From an uncultured delta proteobacterium (GTDB lineage Bacteria > Myxococcota > UBA727 > VGSZ01), in NCBI GenBank assembly GCA_963775425.1, contig CAVZJB010000006.1, positions 32,001 through 96,000 of the forward strand: a DNA stretch of 64,000 bases, read 5' to 3'. This document shows, piece by piece, positions 8,744-21,264 of the stretch. A program made the translations under genes and the position numbers. The stretch's first letter is position 1; the number at the start of each line of letters is the position of its first letter. The notes beneath the pieces are model-generated. The model did not search any database. It was not told the origin of the DNA and was given only the letters and a program-made list of their open reading frames with translations.

Positions 8744-10330
8744 TCAGCGCGCTTGCATGACGTCGTAGAGGCGCTGGAGGTCCTCGGGCCCAGGCTCGCC
8801 GTCGACGGGCTCGCCGTCGACGGGCTCGCCGTCGACGGGCGCGCCGTCGTCAGGCGCGTCTTCGACGACGACGTCCTCTTCGGGCATGTCGCCGGCGCCG
8901 GCGGTCTCGAAGGCGACGGCGCAGACGGCGCCGTCGCCGCGGTCGACGCAGTCGAGGCCGAAGATGCAGTCGTCGGAGTCCATGCAGGCCGCTCCGGCGT
9001 GCAGCGGCGGCGTGCACGCGCGGTGGATGCACACGAGGTCGTCCTTGCACTCGTCGTGGATCAGGCAGGGATCGCCTTCGCCGAGCGCGGCCCCGCAGCG
9101 GCCGTCGATGCACGCGGCGATGCCGAGGCTGCCGCGGCAGATGTGGGTGGCGTCGCAGGCGTCGCCGTCATCGACGAGCTCGACGGGGACGCACTGCACG
9201 GAGTCGCCGTCGGGGCCGTCGACGCAGGCCATGCCGTCCTGGTACGGGTCGCAGGAGCAGCCGGGGGCGGCGTCGTCGACGGCGCCGACGTCGACGTCGA
9301 CGGCGGCGTCACCGACGTCGACGGCGGCGAGCGGCGCGTCGTCGTCAGCGAGGAGCGCCCGGATGGTGATGTGGTCGAGCCCGTCGAGCGCCGTGCGGCC
9401 GTCGACGTCGACGTCGGCCGGGCGCGCGCAGCGGCCGGTGACGCTGTCGAGCTCGATGACGTCGCGGTCGCCGGTGTCGCACTCGAGGTCCGCGGCGCAG
9501 GGCGCGGCCGGGCCGCAGGCCTCGCCGAGCCCGCGCGCGGCGACGCAGGTGTCGTCGAGGTTGCACACGAGCGCGCCGCCGCAGGACGGGTCGGTGCCGT
9601 CGTCGCCGTCGTCGTCGTCGAGCCAGGGCGTGAGGCAGGGGTCGCCTGCATGGGGCGCGTCCACGCAGGCGGTGGCGCCGACCGCGCCCACGGCGCACAG
9701 CGTGCCCGCGGGGCACGACGCCGACGACGCGCACCGGTTCGTCGGCGCGCACGCGCCGTCGACGCAACGGGTGGACGCGCACTGCTCGTTGGTCTCGCAG
9801 GCGTCGCCCTCCTCGAGCGTGCCGCGGAACGGCTCGGCGCAGTCGTCCCACGCCGTCCGCATGGCGTCGCAGTCGTCGCCGGCGAACGCCTCCTCGCACG
9901 CCGCCACGCGCGCGTCGTCGACGACGACGCCGTCCATGGCGAGCCACGCCTGCCAGCTCGGGCCGAGGTCGGGCTTGAGCACGCGCCAGTTCGACTGCAG
10001 GCGCCCGAGCAGATCGCGGTCGTAGCCGAAGACCTCGGGCGCGCAGCGCTCGACGCCGGCGCCCACCGTGCGATCGAGGACGGCGAGGCCCTCCGTCGCG
10101 CGGTCGCGCGGCGGGTCGCCGGCGCTGGCGGACGCGGCGCCGGCGAGGCGCCGGAGCCAGCCGAGTCGATCGCCCGCGCTCCTCGTCGTTGACGTCGCGT
10201 CGTCGTCGCGCGGGCCGGTGGCGCGCGCGACGCGCGCGTCGTCGTCGCCGCCGAACACGATGACGGGGACGCCGACGACGCAGGTGACGACCGCGGCGGC
10301 GAGGAGGAGCAGGAGGAGCGGGCGGGTCAC
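8744..10330 (-). CDS. Secreted or membrane-anchored cysteine-rich repeat protein (myxobacterial type)
   Basis: N-terminal hydrophobic segment, many C-x4/5-C repeats (GDACETNEQCASTRCVDGAC...), acidic tail; start estimated. Confidence 0.7.
   Translation of the reverse strand: MTRPLLLLLLAAAVVTCVVGVPVIVFGGDDDARVARATGPRDDDATSTTRSAGDRLGWLRRLAGAASASAGDPPRDRATEGLAVLDRTVGAGVERCAPEVFGYDRDLLGRLQSNWRVLKPDLGPSWQAWLAMDGVVVDDARVAACEEAFAGDDCDAMRTAWDDCAEPFRGTLEEGDACETNEQCASTRCVDGACAPTNRCASSASCPAGTLCAVGAVGATACVDAPHAGDPCLTPWLDDDDGDDGTDPSCGGALVCNLDDTCVAARGLGEACGPAAPCAADLECDTGDRDVIELDSVTGRCARPADVDVDGRTALDGLDHITIRALLADDDAPLAAVDVGDAAVDVDVGAVDDAAPGCSCDPYQDGMACVDGPDGDSVQCVPVELVDDGDACDATHICRGSLGIAACIDGRCGAALGEGDPCLIHDECKDDLVCIHRACTPPLHAGAACMDSDDCIFGLDCVDRGDGAVCAVAFETAGAGDMPEEDVVVEDAPDDGAPVDGEPVDGEPVDGEPGPEDLQRLYDVMQAR
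8793..8852. repeat. 15-bp tandem repeat GGCTCGCCGTCGACG x3 plus one degenerate copy (encodes PVDGE)
   Basis: Direct reading of the sequence; lies inside the 3' end of the Cys-rich CDS. Confidence 0.85.
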
Positions 10331-10395
10331 AGCGAGGGCGCCGGGGACGATGGTGCCACGTTCGCTCGACACCCTGCGACTGTGCGCGGTTCCGC

Positions 10396-13533
<3,138 letters not shown>

Positions 13534-13625
13534 CTGGCGCCCAACGTTCCCCGCGCGCGGCGTCACAAGTCAAGCAAACGGCCCCCCGTTGTGAATGCGA
13601 CCACCGACGGACACGTCCCTGCGCC

Positions 13626-14261
13626 ATGACCCCTGCCGCCTTCCTCACCCTCCTCGCCCTCCAGGCGCCGGCCCACGACGGGGACCGGGATCGCGGGCGC
13701 CCCACCGAGACCTGCCCCGCCGACGTCGTCGCCCGCTTCGATCGCCTCGATGATGCGCTGCGTCATCTGGGCGACGAGCTCGAGGACACCCACGGCCGCC
13801 GCCACCGCCGTGGCGAGCATGTCCGCGAGGACCTCGCCCTGGCCATGCGCCGCTCGCAGGAGGCCCGCGTCGAGGCCTGCCGCGCCGCCCGCCGGGAGGT
13901 GGTGGTGGCGCCGCGACCGCCGCCGCCGCCGCCGCCGCCGGTGCTCGACGAGGGCCACGCGCGCGAGCTCGTCCGCGCCGTGCGCAAGGAGGCCTTCGAC
14001 GACAGCCGCCTGTCGGTGCTGGCGCTCGGCGTGAACGGCGTGTGCGTGACGGCGCCGCAAGCGGACACCCTGGTGCGCCTGATGACCTTCTCCAAGGCGC
14101 GCATCGACGCGCTGCGCACGCTCACCCCGCGCATCGTCGACCGCCAGGACGCGCTGCGGCTGCTCGACGCTTTCACCTTCGACAGCGACAAGCGGGCGGC
14201 CCGGGAGATCCTCGGCACGGCGCCGCCGGCTCCGGAGTGCGTCCCGCCGCGCCGCCTGTAG
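13626..14261 (+). CDS. DUF4476-domain secreted protein
   Basis: KEAFDDSRL...MTFSKARIDALRTLTPRIVD...AFTFDSDKRAAREIL. Confidence 0.78.
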   Translation: MTPAAFLTLLALQAPAHDGDRDRGRPTETCPADVVARFDRLDDALRHLGDELEDTHGRRHRRGEHVREDLALAMRRSQEARVEACRAARREVVVAPRPPPPPPPPVLDEGHARELVRAVRKEAFDDSRLSVLALGVNGVCVTAPQADTLVRLMTFSKARIDALRTLTPRIVDRQDALRLLDAFTFDSDKRAAREILGTAPPAPECVPPRRL

Positions 14262-14285
14262 CGCTGCCGTCGACCGGATCGATGT

Positions 14286-15620
14286 CTACGGGTGCGCGGC
14301 CGCGGGCGCGGGCGCGTCGGCCTTGCCCGTCTCGCCCGCGCGGTCGAGCCCGAGCTTGGCGAGGATGGCGCCGACGAAGGTGTTCACGCTCACGATGGCG
14401 ATGACCAGCGACGCGAAGGGCCGCCCGATGGACGGCAGCGTGTCGGCGACGATGGTGGCGAGGCCGATGGTGACGCCCGCCTGCGCGATCAGGGTCATCC
14501 ACGCGCTCTTGCGCACCGCGGGCGGGTCCTTCGCAAGACGGTGCGCCACCTGCGTGGACGCGATGATGACGACGAGGCGCACCGCGCAGAACGCCAGCGC
14601 CAGCGGCCACAGGTGCACCAGCGACTGCAGGTCGATCCGCGCCCCCGCCGTGGCGAAGAACACCGTCATCACGCCCGACGCCGTCTTCTCCGACGTGTGC
14701 ACCAGGGTGGGCCCGAGCCTGGTGAGGTTGGTGACGACGAAGCCCGCCACCACGAACACGAGCAGCGTGTCGTAGCGCAGGTACGTACACAGCGCCGTCA
14801 TCGCGTAGCCGAACACCACGACGGCCAGGATGCGCTCCTTGGTGATGCGCAGCGCGAGCGCCAACACCAGCCCCACCGTGATCCCCGCCAGCGCCGACGT
14901 CAAAAGCTCCTGTCCGAGCTCCTGGAACGCGCGCAGCTCGAACGGCTCGCCGAGCACGGCGCCGCGCGCGAGCGCCAACGCGGCGGCGAACAGCGGGAGC
15001 GCGAGCACGTCGAGGAGCACCACGACGCCCAGCGCGTGCTCCGACAGCGGGCCCTTGGCGTGGGCCTCGGACACCACGGCCATCGTGACGCTCGGCGAGC
15101 GCGGCAACATGAACACGCCCCACAACAGGGCGAGCGCGATGACGGCGCCTTTGTCGACGGACGCCATGAACGGCACGATGGGCACGGCGACCATGAACGC
15201 CGCCCCCATGGCGAGCACGACGAGGAACGTCTGCACCCACGCCGACCACAGCACGCTCTTGTAGATGCGCACCAGCGACGGGAGCGTGATCTCGGCGCCC
15301 GCCTGCAGCGCGATGAGCGCGAGCGCGAGCACGTTGGCGAGCGCGATGTCCTCGAGGTCCGCGGTGCGCACGATGCCGAGCACCTGCGGCCCGGCGACCA
15401 CGCCCGCGACGAGCGCGCCGATGATGCGCGGCATGCGGAGCAGGGCCGACAACGAGCCGGCGGCGGCGCCGGCGACGACGAGGAAGCCGAGGGCGAACAG
15501 CGCCTGCCCGTCGCGCGGCAACATCCCGAAGCGCTTCAACAGCAGGTACGCCACGGCCACGAGCACCACGGCGACGACGCCCTCGATCACGGCGAGCGGC
15601 TTGGGGCGGTTGGCGCTCAC
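14286..15620 (-). CDS. Cation:proton antiporter (Na+/H+ exchanger / Kef-type CPA family)
   Basis: About 12 TM segments; LRMPRIIGALVAGVVAGP, IALQAGAEI, SPSVTMAV, VVLLDV, FFATAGA, AQAGVTIGLA; GTG 15620 overlaps the upstream stop. Confidence 0.85.
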   Translation of the reverse strand: MSANRPKPLAVIEGVVAVVLVAVAYLLLKRFGMLPRDGQALFALGFLVVAGAAAGSLSALLRMPRIIGALVAGVVAGPQVLGIVRTADLEDIALANVLALALIALQAGAEITLPSLVRIYKSVLWSAWVQTFLVVLAMGAAFMVAVPIVPFMASVDKGAVIALALLWGVFMLPRSPSVTMAVVSEAHAKGPLSEHALGVVVLLDVLALPLFAAALALARGAVLGEPFELRAFQELGQELLTSALAGITVGLVLALALRITKERILAVVVFGYAMTALCTYLRYDTLLVFVVAGFVVTNLTRLGPTLVHTSEKTASGVMTVFFATAGARIDLQSLVHLWPLALAFCAVRLVVIIASTQVAHRLAKDPPAVRKSAWMTLIAQAGVTIGLATIVADTLPSIGRPFASLVIAIVSVNTFVGAILAKLGLDRAGETGKADAPAPAAAHP

Positions 15621-16831
15621 GGGTGATCCCTCACCGAGCCGCCCGAGTGCACGTCGCCGCCGCTCACGTGCGCGGACGACGGGTGCCCCATGGGCGGCGC
15701 CTGCTTGTGGGCCGCGAGCGAGAACGTGAACGCCACGGCGTCGGCGACGGCGACGGCGATGATGACGGAGGGCAACAGGCTGGCGGCGTCGTCGACGTGG
15801 GCCTCGGCGAAGGCGGCGACGGCGACCAGCGGCGTGGTGGACGTGGCCACGGTGGCCGCGAGGCGCTCGAGGAGCGAGCGCCCGTCCACGAGCGCGAGGC
15901 TGACACCGAGCTGCACGAGGACGGCGCCCACGCCGAGGATGATGCCGGCGACGAGGTCGGCGAGGTCGAAGGTGGTGGACGCCGCGAGCAGCACCGTGAT
16001 CACGATGCGCACCGGCCGCTCCGTGAGCAGCAGCTTGTCGACGACGTCGGAGCCGCGGAAGGGGCCGGACACGGCGCCGAGCACGAAGCCGGCGACGGCG
16101 CCGGGCACGGCGGCGAGGCGCGCGAGGCCGGCGACGAGCGTGGCGACGGAGAGGTAGGCGACGGCGGCGGGGACCTTGGCGGGATCGCCCGGCGCGAGCA
16201 GGAGCTGCACGACGACGGCGCCGAGCACGCCGAAGCCCACGAGGACGAGCGTCTCCTGTGCGCCGCTCCACGCGGCGAACGCGCCGAGGGCGGCGGCCAG
16301 CACCACGAGCTCGGCGGTGGCGGCGAAGGCGGTGCGCGCGCGCGTGCCGTGGCGCTCGCCGGGCATGCCCGCGAGGCTGGCGCCGACGAGGACGGCGGCA
16401 GGGGCGACGCTGCCGGCGCTGACGAAGGGGTGGCCGGTGGCCGCCGCCGAAAGGAGCACGAGCGCGGCGATGCCGGACGCGACGACGGCGGCGGCGAAGG
16501 CGAGCGCGACGGCGCGGGCGACGCTGCGCGGCGGCCCCTTGTGCACGGGCCCGGAGACGTCGGCGGGGCGCGGCGCGGACGAGCGCTTGAGCGCCGCGGA
16601 CGCGCGAAGGCCCGCGAGGAGCGCGAGCCAGCAGATCCCGACGACGAGCGCGGTGCCGAGGCTCTCGAGCGTGCTGGGGGTGAGGAAGTCCAGCCCCGCC
16701 GGAGAGATGGCGAGGCCGAAGAGCACGAGCACCGGGGTGGTGGCGCGCGCGATCACCTCGTCGAGCGCGCCCTGCCGCGAGGCGAGCATGGCGAGCGACA
16801 GGAGCCCGAGGAGGACGAGCAGCGACGTCAT
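15617..16831 (-). CDS. Divergent cation:proton antiporter-like membrane protein
   Basis: Multi-TM; LFGLAISPAGLDFL, WLALLAGL, ERPVRIVITVLLA resemble the CPA fold; sits upstream of the canonical CPA gene. Confidence 0.6.
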   Translation of the reverse strand: MTSLLVLLGLLSLAMLASRQGALDEVIARATTPVLVLFGLAISPAGLDFLTPSTLESLGTALVVGICWLALLAGLRASAALKRSSAPRPADVSGPVHKGPPRSVARAVALAFAAAVVASGIAALVLLSAAATGHPFVSAGSVAPAAVLVGASLAGMPGERHGTRARTAFAATAELVVLAAALGAFAAWSGAQETLVLVGFGVLGAVVVQLLLAPGDPAKVPAAVAYLSVATLVAGLARLAAVPGAVAGFVLGAVSGPFRGSDVVDKLLLTERPVRIVITVLLAASTTFDLADLVAGIILGVGAVLVQLGVSLALVDGRSLLERLAATVATSTTPLVAVAAFAEAHVDDAASLLPSVIIAVAVADAVAFTFSLAAHKQAPPMGHPSSAHVSGGDVHSGGSVRDHP

Positions 16832-16838
16832 GTCGCCG

Positions 16839-18458
16839 TCACGACTCCCCGTCGGCGAGGGCGAGGTCGCCACGCTCGACGGCCTCGACCAGGGCGCGCA
16901 CGAGGGCCTCGCGGGCCCCGGGCTTGGCCATCGGGACGAAGAGGCAGCAGTGCAGCGAGGTGCCGCGCGCGTCGAGCAGCTCGACGCCGCCGTCGGCGCC
17001 CGCGCGCTTGGCGACGGCGCGGAGCGCGGCGTCGAGCTTGTCCATGGCGCGGTCGCGGCGCACGACGACGTCGAGCTCGGCGCGCGGCGCCTTGAGCTGC
17101 TTGACGGGCATGAACATGAACGACAGGTGCGGCACGTGGATGGTGCCGCCGTGGTCGGGCACCAGGAGCACGTCGATGAGGTTCACCGCGGCGACCTCGC
17201 CGCGCGCGGTGCCGACCTCCACCCAGTCGCCGGGCTTGACGGTGCCCCGCCACAAAAGGACGACGCCGGCGGCGGCGGACGCGAGCACGGGCACCGACGA
17301 CAGCAGCGCGCACCCGCCGGCGGCGAGGGCGAGGGTCTCGAGCGGTGTTCCGAAGCGACCGAACGCGGCGGCGATGACGAGCGGCGCGGCGAGCAACGCC
17401 ACGCCGGCGCCGACGGCGACGCGCACGGGGAACACGCGTCCGGGCCCGATGACGCGCGAAGGGACGCGGCCCTGGGCGACGCCGTCGAGGAGGAGCTGGA
17501 CGAAGCGCAGGCCGGCGCGGACGGCGACGAGGAGGATGGCCGCGAGGACGAGGCCGGGGACGGCGCCGACGAGGCCGTTGATGCCGTGGACGAGCGGCGC
17601 GGCGGCCCAGCCGCCGAGGCTCTTGAGCACCGGGCGGGTGGCTTCGAACTGGCCGAGGACGGCGCCCACGACGACGCCGGCGACGACGACGTACGCGAGC
17701 AAGCGCGCGCCGAGGAGGCCGGCGGCGAGGAGGCCGCGGAAGGCGTCCGACGACAGGACGGGCTGGCCGAAGATGCGCAGCGGGGAGGTGGGGACGCGCT
17801 CCTCGAGGCGGGTCTCCCACGCGGTGAACGCCTTGCGGAGCGTGCGCAGGGTGACGAGGCCGAGGACGCAGACGAGGACGGAAAAGAAGATGCGCAAGGC
17901 GAGGGCCTGGAGCGACGAGCGGCGCTCCTCCTCCTTGACGAAGGAGGCCATGCGCGTGTCGAGCTCGGCGGCGTAGCGCTCGAGGGTGGCGCCCTCGGCG
18001 GCGGCGTCGGCCTCGGTGAGGGTGGCGACGGATCGGCCGTGGACGTCGACCACGGCGACGTCGTCGACGACGCGCACCTCGGCCGCGGGCGCGCCCTCGA
18101 CGGCGTCGGCCTCGAGCGCGGCGGCGAGCGCGGCCCCGGCGTCGCGCGCGCGGGCGCGGGCGCTCTTGCCGAGCCGCGGCACGCGGAACGACAGCGGCGT
18201 CGGCCGCTCGTGGACGGAGACGACGACGGCCTCGGGCCGTGTGACGCCGGCGTCCTCGGTGGCGCGCTCCACGCTCGGCGCGCCCCCGTCCACGACGACG
18301 CGCCCCGCCGGGGCGGGCACGCCGCCGTCGTCCTTGACCGCGCCGCCCGCCGAAGCCGGCACGCCGGCGTCAAGGGCGGCGCGCCCCTCCGAAGCCGGCA
18401 CGCCGCCGTCGGGGACCTGGGCGATCCCGAGGGCCAGCACGAACAGGAGAGAGGTCAT
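16839..18458 (-). CDS. Mechanosensitive ion channel (MscS family) with N-terminal periplasmic domain
   Basis: Signal peptide, several TMs, ASAAAGVVLLWRGTVKPGDWVEVGTARGEVAAVNL...GGTIHVPH (MscS beta-domain). Confidence 0.82.
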   Translation of the reverse strand: MTSLLFVLALGIAQVPDGGVPASEGRAALDAGVPASAGGAVKDDGGVPAPAGRVVVDGGAPSVERATEDAGVTRPEAVVVSVHERPTPLSFRVPRLGKSARARARDAGAALAAALEADAVEGAPAAEVRVVDDVAVVDVHGRSVATLTEADAAAEGATLERYAAELDTRMASFVKEEERRSSLQALALRIFFSVLVCVLGLVTLRTLRKAFTAWETRLEERVPTSPLRIFGQPVLSSDAFRGLLAAGLLGARLLAYVVVAGVVVGAVLGQFEATRPVLKSLGGWAAAPLVHGINGLVGAVPGLVLAAILLVAVRAGLRFVQLLLDGVAQGRVPSRVIGPGRVFPVRVAVGAGVALLAAPLVIAAAFGRFGTPLETLALAAGGCALLSSVPVLASAAAGVVLLWRGTVKPGDWVEVGTARGEVAAVNLIDVLLVPDHGGTIHVPHLSFMFMPVKQLKAPRAELDVVVRRDRAMDKLDAALRAVAKRAGADGGVELLDARGTSLHCCLFVPMAKPGAREALVRALVEAVERGDLALADGES

Positions 18459-19723
18459 CGGTCGATCTCCGTGCCGACGAGGCCGAGGCCGGTGATCACC
18501 GGGATGACGTCGTCGATGCGGTCACCGACGAGGATCTCGTCGAGCGCCGCCGCCAGCGCCGCCGACGGGCCCCGGATGCGCACGCGCGACGGCCGCGGGC
18601 CGCCGTCCGCGGCGACGAGGATCGACAGCTCACCGGACGGCAACTCCAACGACGCCGTCGCCATTCCGGCCGGCGGCGCCGCCGGCAGCTCCAGGCGCGT
18701 CTCCGCCGGCGCCGACGCCAGCTTGGTCAGCGCCAGCGCGCACAGCTCACCCGCGGCGATGGTCTCGCGCAGCCGCACGCGCGCCCGCGCCCGCGTACAG
18801 CCACCGTCGACGACGACGGGGACGACGGGGACGTCGTCGTAGGCGAACACCGGCTCGTGTTTCCTCAGGTCGTCGCCGACGCCGCACGCGCGCAGCGCCG
18901 GGCCGGTGAGCCCGAGGTCGGCGGCCTCGGTCCGGGAGATGCGCCCGAGGCCCTCGAGGTGCGCGTCGAGGGCCGGCGTCTCCTCCACCGCCTGCGCCAC
19001 CTCGCGCACCGACGAGAGCAACCGCGGCAGCTCCCGCTGGATGCGCGCGGCCTCGTCGTCGTGGATGGGGCGCAGCAGGCCGCCGAAGGCGCGAAAAGCG
19101 TCCCCGGTGAGCACGCCGTCGAGGAGCCCGCGCATGGTGCGGGCGCTCTCGAGCAACGTCCGGCGCGCGCGCGACGTCGCGGGCGACAGCGGCGGCGTGC
19201 TCAGCAGCCGCAGGTGCTCCGCCATGCGAGACAGCTCGAGCGCCACCACCCGCCAGAGCTGGGCGCGGCGCGGCACGTTTTCGTCGACGCCGTGCAAGCG
19301 CTCGACGACGAGCGCCCACGCGAGCTCGTGCCCCACCGGGGACAGCGGGTTCACGCGCGCGAGCACCTCGAACACGTCGGCCCACGCCATCCCCTCGGCC
19401 GCCTTCTCGAGGCCCTGGTGCAGGAAGCCCACCTCGGGGTCGACGGTGACGAGGCGGTCGCCGTCGAGCTCGACGCGGACCTGCAAAGGGAACGGCATGG
19501 CCCGGTGTACGGGCCCGAAGGTCCACACGAGGTGCTTGGCGAGCGTCGTCGTCGACGCACCCACGAGCGTCCCGCGCGCGCCGACGCGAAACAGCTCCTC
19601 CTCGATGGCGGGCCGGAGCAGATCGTCGTCGTCGGGCGGCGACAGCGGCGCACCCGGCGCGTCGGACTCCGCGACGGGGTCGGGCAGGAGGGCGCCGGGG
19701 AGCACCTCGAGGATCTGCCTCAT
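18455..19723 (-). CDS. nuoD: NADH-quinone oxidoreductase subunit D homologue, degenerate quinone site
   Basis: TFGPVH, VELDGD, GFLHQGLEKAAE, VPRRAQ, ELSRMAEHL, GLTGPALRACGV, DLRK, ELPSGEL, C-terminal TEIDR. Confidence 0.85.
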   Translation of the reverse strand: MRQILEVLPGALLPDPVAESDAPGAPLSPPDDDDLLRPAIEEELFRVGARGTLVGASTTTLAKHLVWTFGPVHRAMPFPLQVRVELDGDRLVTVDPEVGFLHQGLEKAAEGMAWADVFEVLARVNPLSPVGHELAWALVVERLHGVDENVPRRAQLWRVVALELSRMAEHLRLLSTPPLSPATSRARRTLLESARTMRGLLDGVLTGDAFRAFGGLLRPIHDDEAARIQRELPRLLSSVREVAQAVEETPALDAHLEGLGRISRTEAADLGLTGPALRACGVGDDLRKHEPVFAYDDVPVVPVVVDGGCTRARARVRLRETIAAGELCALALTKLASAPAETRLELPAAPPAGMATASLELPSGELSILVAADGGPRPSRVRIRGPSAALAAALDEILVGDRIDDVIPVITGLGLVGTEIDR

Positions 19724-20271
19724 GGCGCATCCCGCGACGCCGGCGCGGCGTCCTCGATGATCACGGGCGGCGGCACCTCGTCGTCGAGGAGCGCCACCAG
19801 CGGCTGCTGCTTGGTGGCGCGGTAGTCCTTCCGCAGCGGGTGCCCCGCGAAGCCCGGGTAGAGCAGCAGCGGTCGCAGGTGCGGGTGGCCGTCGGGGTAG
19901 ATGCCGAACATCTCGTGCAGCTCGCGCTCGAGGGAGTCGGCGGCGGTGAACAGCGAGGTGAGGCTCGGGACGGTGGGGTCGTCGTCGGTGGCGTGCGTGA
20001 CGATGTGCGCGCGGTAGCCGAGCCGCGGGCTGCGCAGGCGCACGTGCACCTCGAAGCGAGGCTCGGCGCCGGGGCCGAGGTCCACGCCGGCGACGTCGAC
20101 GAGCAGCGACAGATCGGCGTCGGGATCGCGCTGGAGGAACGCGCACAGCTCGAGGAGCCGCTCGCGCTTGACGATGAAGCGGTCGCCGTCCTTGTGCGCG
20201 GCGCCGCTGTCGACGACGTGGGCGCCGATGCGGTTGCGTACGAGCCGTACGAGGTGTCCCGGGCGGCTCAC
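19720..20271 (-). CDS. nuoC: NADH-quinone oxidoreductase subunit C homologue
   Basis: DVAGVD, RFEV, PSLTSLF, ERELHEMFGI, GHPHLRPLL, GHPLRKDY. Confidence 0.92.
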   Translation of the reverse strand: MSRPGHLVRLVRNRIGAHVVDSGAAHKDGDRFIVKRERLLELCAFLQRDPDADLSLLVDVAGVDLGPGAEPRFEVHVRLRSPRLGYRAHIVTHATDDDPTVPSLTSLFTAADSLERELHEMFGIYPDGHPHLRPLLLYPGFAGHPLRKDYRATKQQPLVALLDDEVPPPVIIEDAAPASRDAP

Positions 20272-20702
20272 GGCGCGAGCCCCGGCAGCCGCGCGTCGAG
20301 CGCGTCGAGCGCGCGCTGCATCATGGCCGCGCTCGGCGGGTGTCCGCGCACGACGACGTCGATGGGCACGATCTGCGAGATGTCGGCGACCCCGGCGTAC
20401 AGGTGCGGGACCAGGATCCCCTCGGCCGGCTCGAGCTCCACGACCATCGCCGTCGCGGGCCGCGACATGGCCGCGTGCGTGCGCACCACGAACGGCGCGA
20501 GCTTGTGGCTGATGCGCCCGACGATGACGAGCAGATCCGCCTGGCGCGCCGCCGGCGCGTCGGTGGGCACGCCGATGGGCAGCAGGCGCGGCTGCGCCCA
20601 GGCCTCGGCGTCGCGGCCCGGGAGCGCGCCGACGACGGCGACGCCGACGCGGCTCTTGCGGCGCGCCCAGCGCATGATGGGGCCGAGCACGGCGTCAAGC
20701 AC
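20268..20702 (-). CDS. nuoB: NADH-quinone oxidoreductase subunit B homologue lacking all Fe-S cysteine ligands
   Basis: WARRKS, RQADLLVIVGRISHKLAP, IVPIDVVVRGHPP (canonical GCPP); no Cys in the protein; position between nuoA-like and nuoC. Confidence 0.8.
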   Translation of the reverse strand: MLDAVLGPIMRWARRKSRVGVAVVGALPGRDAEAWAQPRLLPIGVPTDAPAARQADLLVIVGRISHKLAPFVVRTHAAMSRPATAMVVELEPAEGILVPHLYAGVADISQIVPIDVVVRGHPPSAAMMQRALDALDARLPGLAP

Positions 20703-21069
20703 GCGGCGACCCCGCCGGCGGCTCGGCCTCGACGGCGCGCAGGGTGCCGCGCCGCCACGCCCACCACACCGCGGTGAGGAGCGCGCCGCCGCCGACGAGG
20801 ACGGGGAGCGCGGCGTCGTCGGCGGGGCCGGCGGCGAACACCAGGAGCACGCCGAGCCCGGCGGTGCCGGCGCAGGCGAGCGCGATGACCTCGAAGAGGT
20901 GCACGTGGAAGCGGTGCCGCCCGCCGCGCGGCTCGAGCTCGCGCAGCGCCGTCGCGGAGCGCGCGTTCATCTCCTTGGGACGCAACAGGACGTGCAGCCC
21001 CGTCACCGCCAGGCCTGCGGCGACGACGAACGCGGCGACGAACGCGACCGAGGCGAGCGCGGTGGCCAT
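20695..21069 (-). CDS. nuoA: NADH-quinone oxidoreductase subunit A homologue, divergent
   Basis: 124 aa, three TMs, LLRPK, RFHVHLF, C-terminal WWAWRRGTL (canonical YAWRKGAL); first gene of the nuoBCD-like run. Confidence 0.7.
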   Translation of the reverse strand: MATALASVAFVAAFVVAAGLAVTGLHVLLRPKEMNARSATALRELEPRGGRHRFHVHLFEVIALACAGTAGLGVLLVFAAGPADDAALPVLVGGGALLTAVWWAWRRGTLRAVEAEPPAGSPRA

Positions 21070-21264
21070 GCGCCCCTTGTTATCCGCAACGCCGCGCGGT
21101 GCCAACGAAGACCGGTCGGGCGCCCGTGTCACCGAGCCCCCGCCCGTCGCCGGCGGCGGCACCCGGCCGTTCGCCGTCGTCGCCCCGTGGTGGACGTGGT
21201 CGGCGCCGTGCGGCTTTGACGTCCGCTCGAGGACGGCACATCGTCGCCGCGCGGAGGCGAACAC

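Noticed and set aside
18455-20702. Group 4 [NiFe]-hydrogenase (Ech/Hyc) subunits
   Set aside because: The large subunit has no CxxC Ni-binding motifs and ends in NuoD-type EIDR; the small subunit has no Cys
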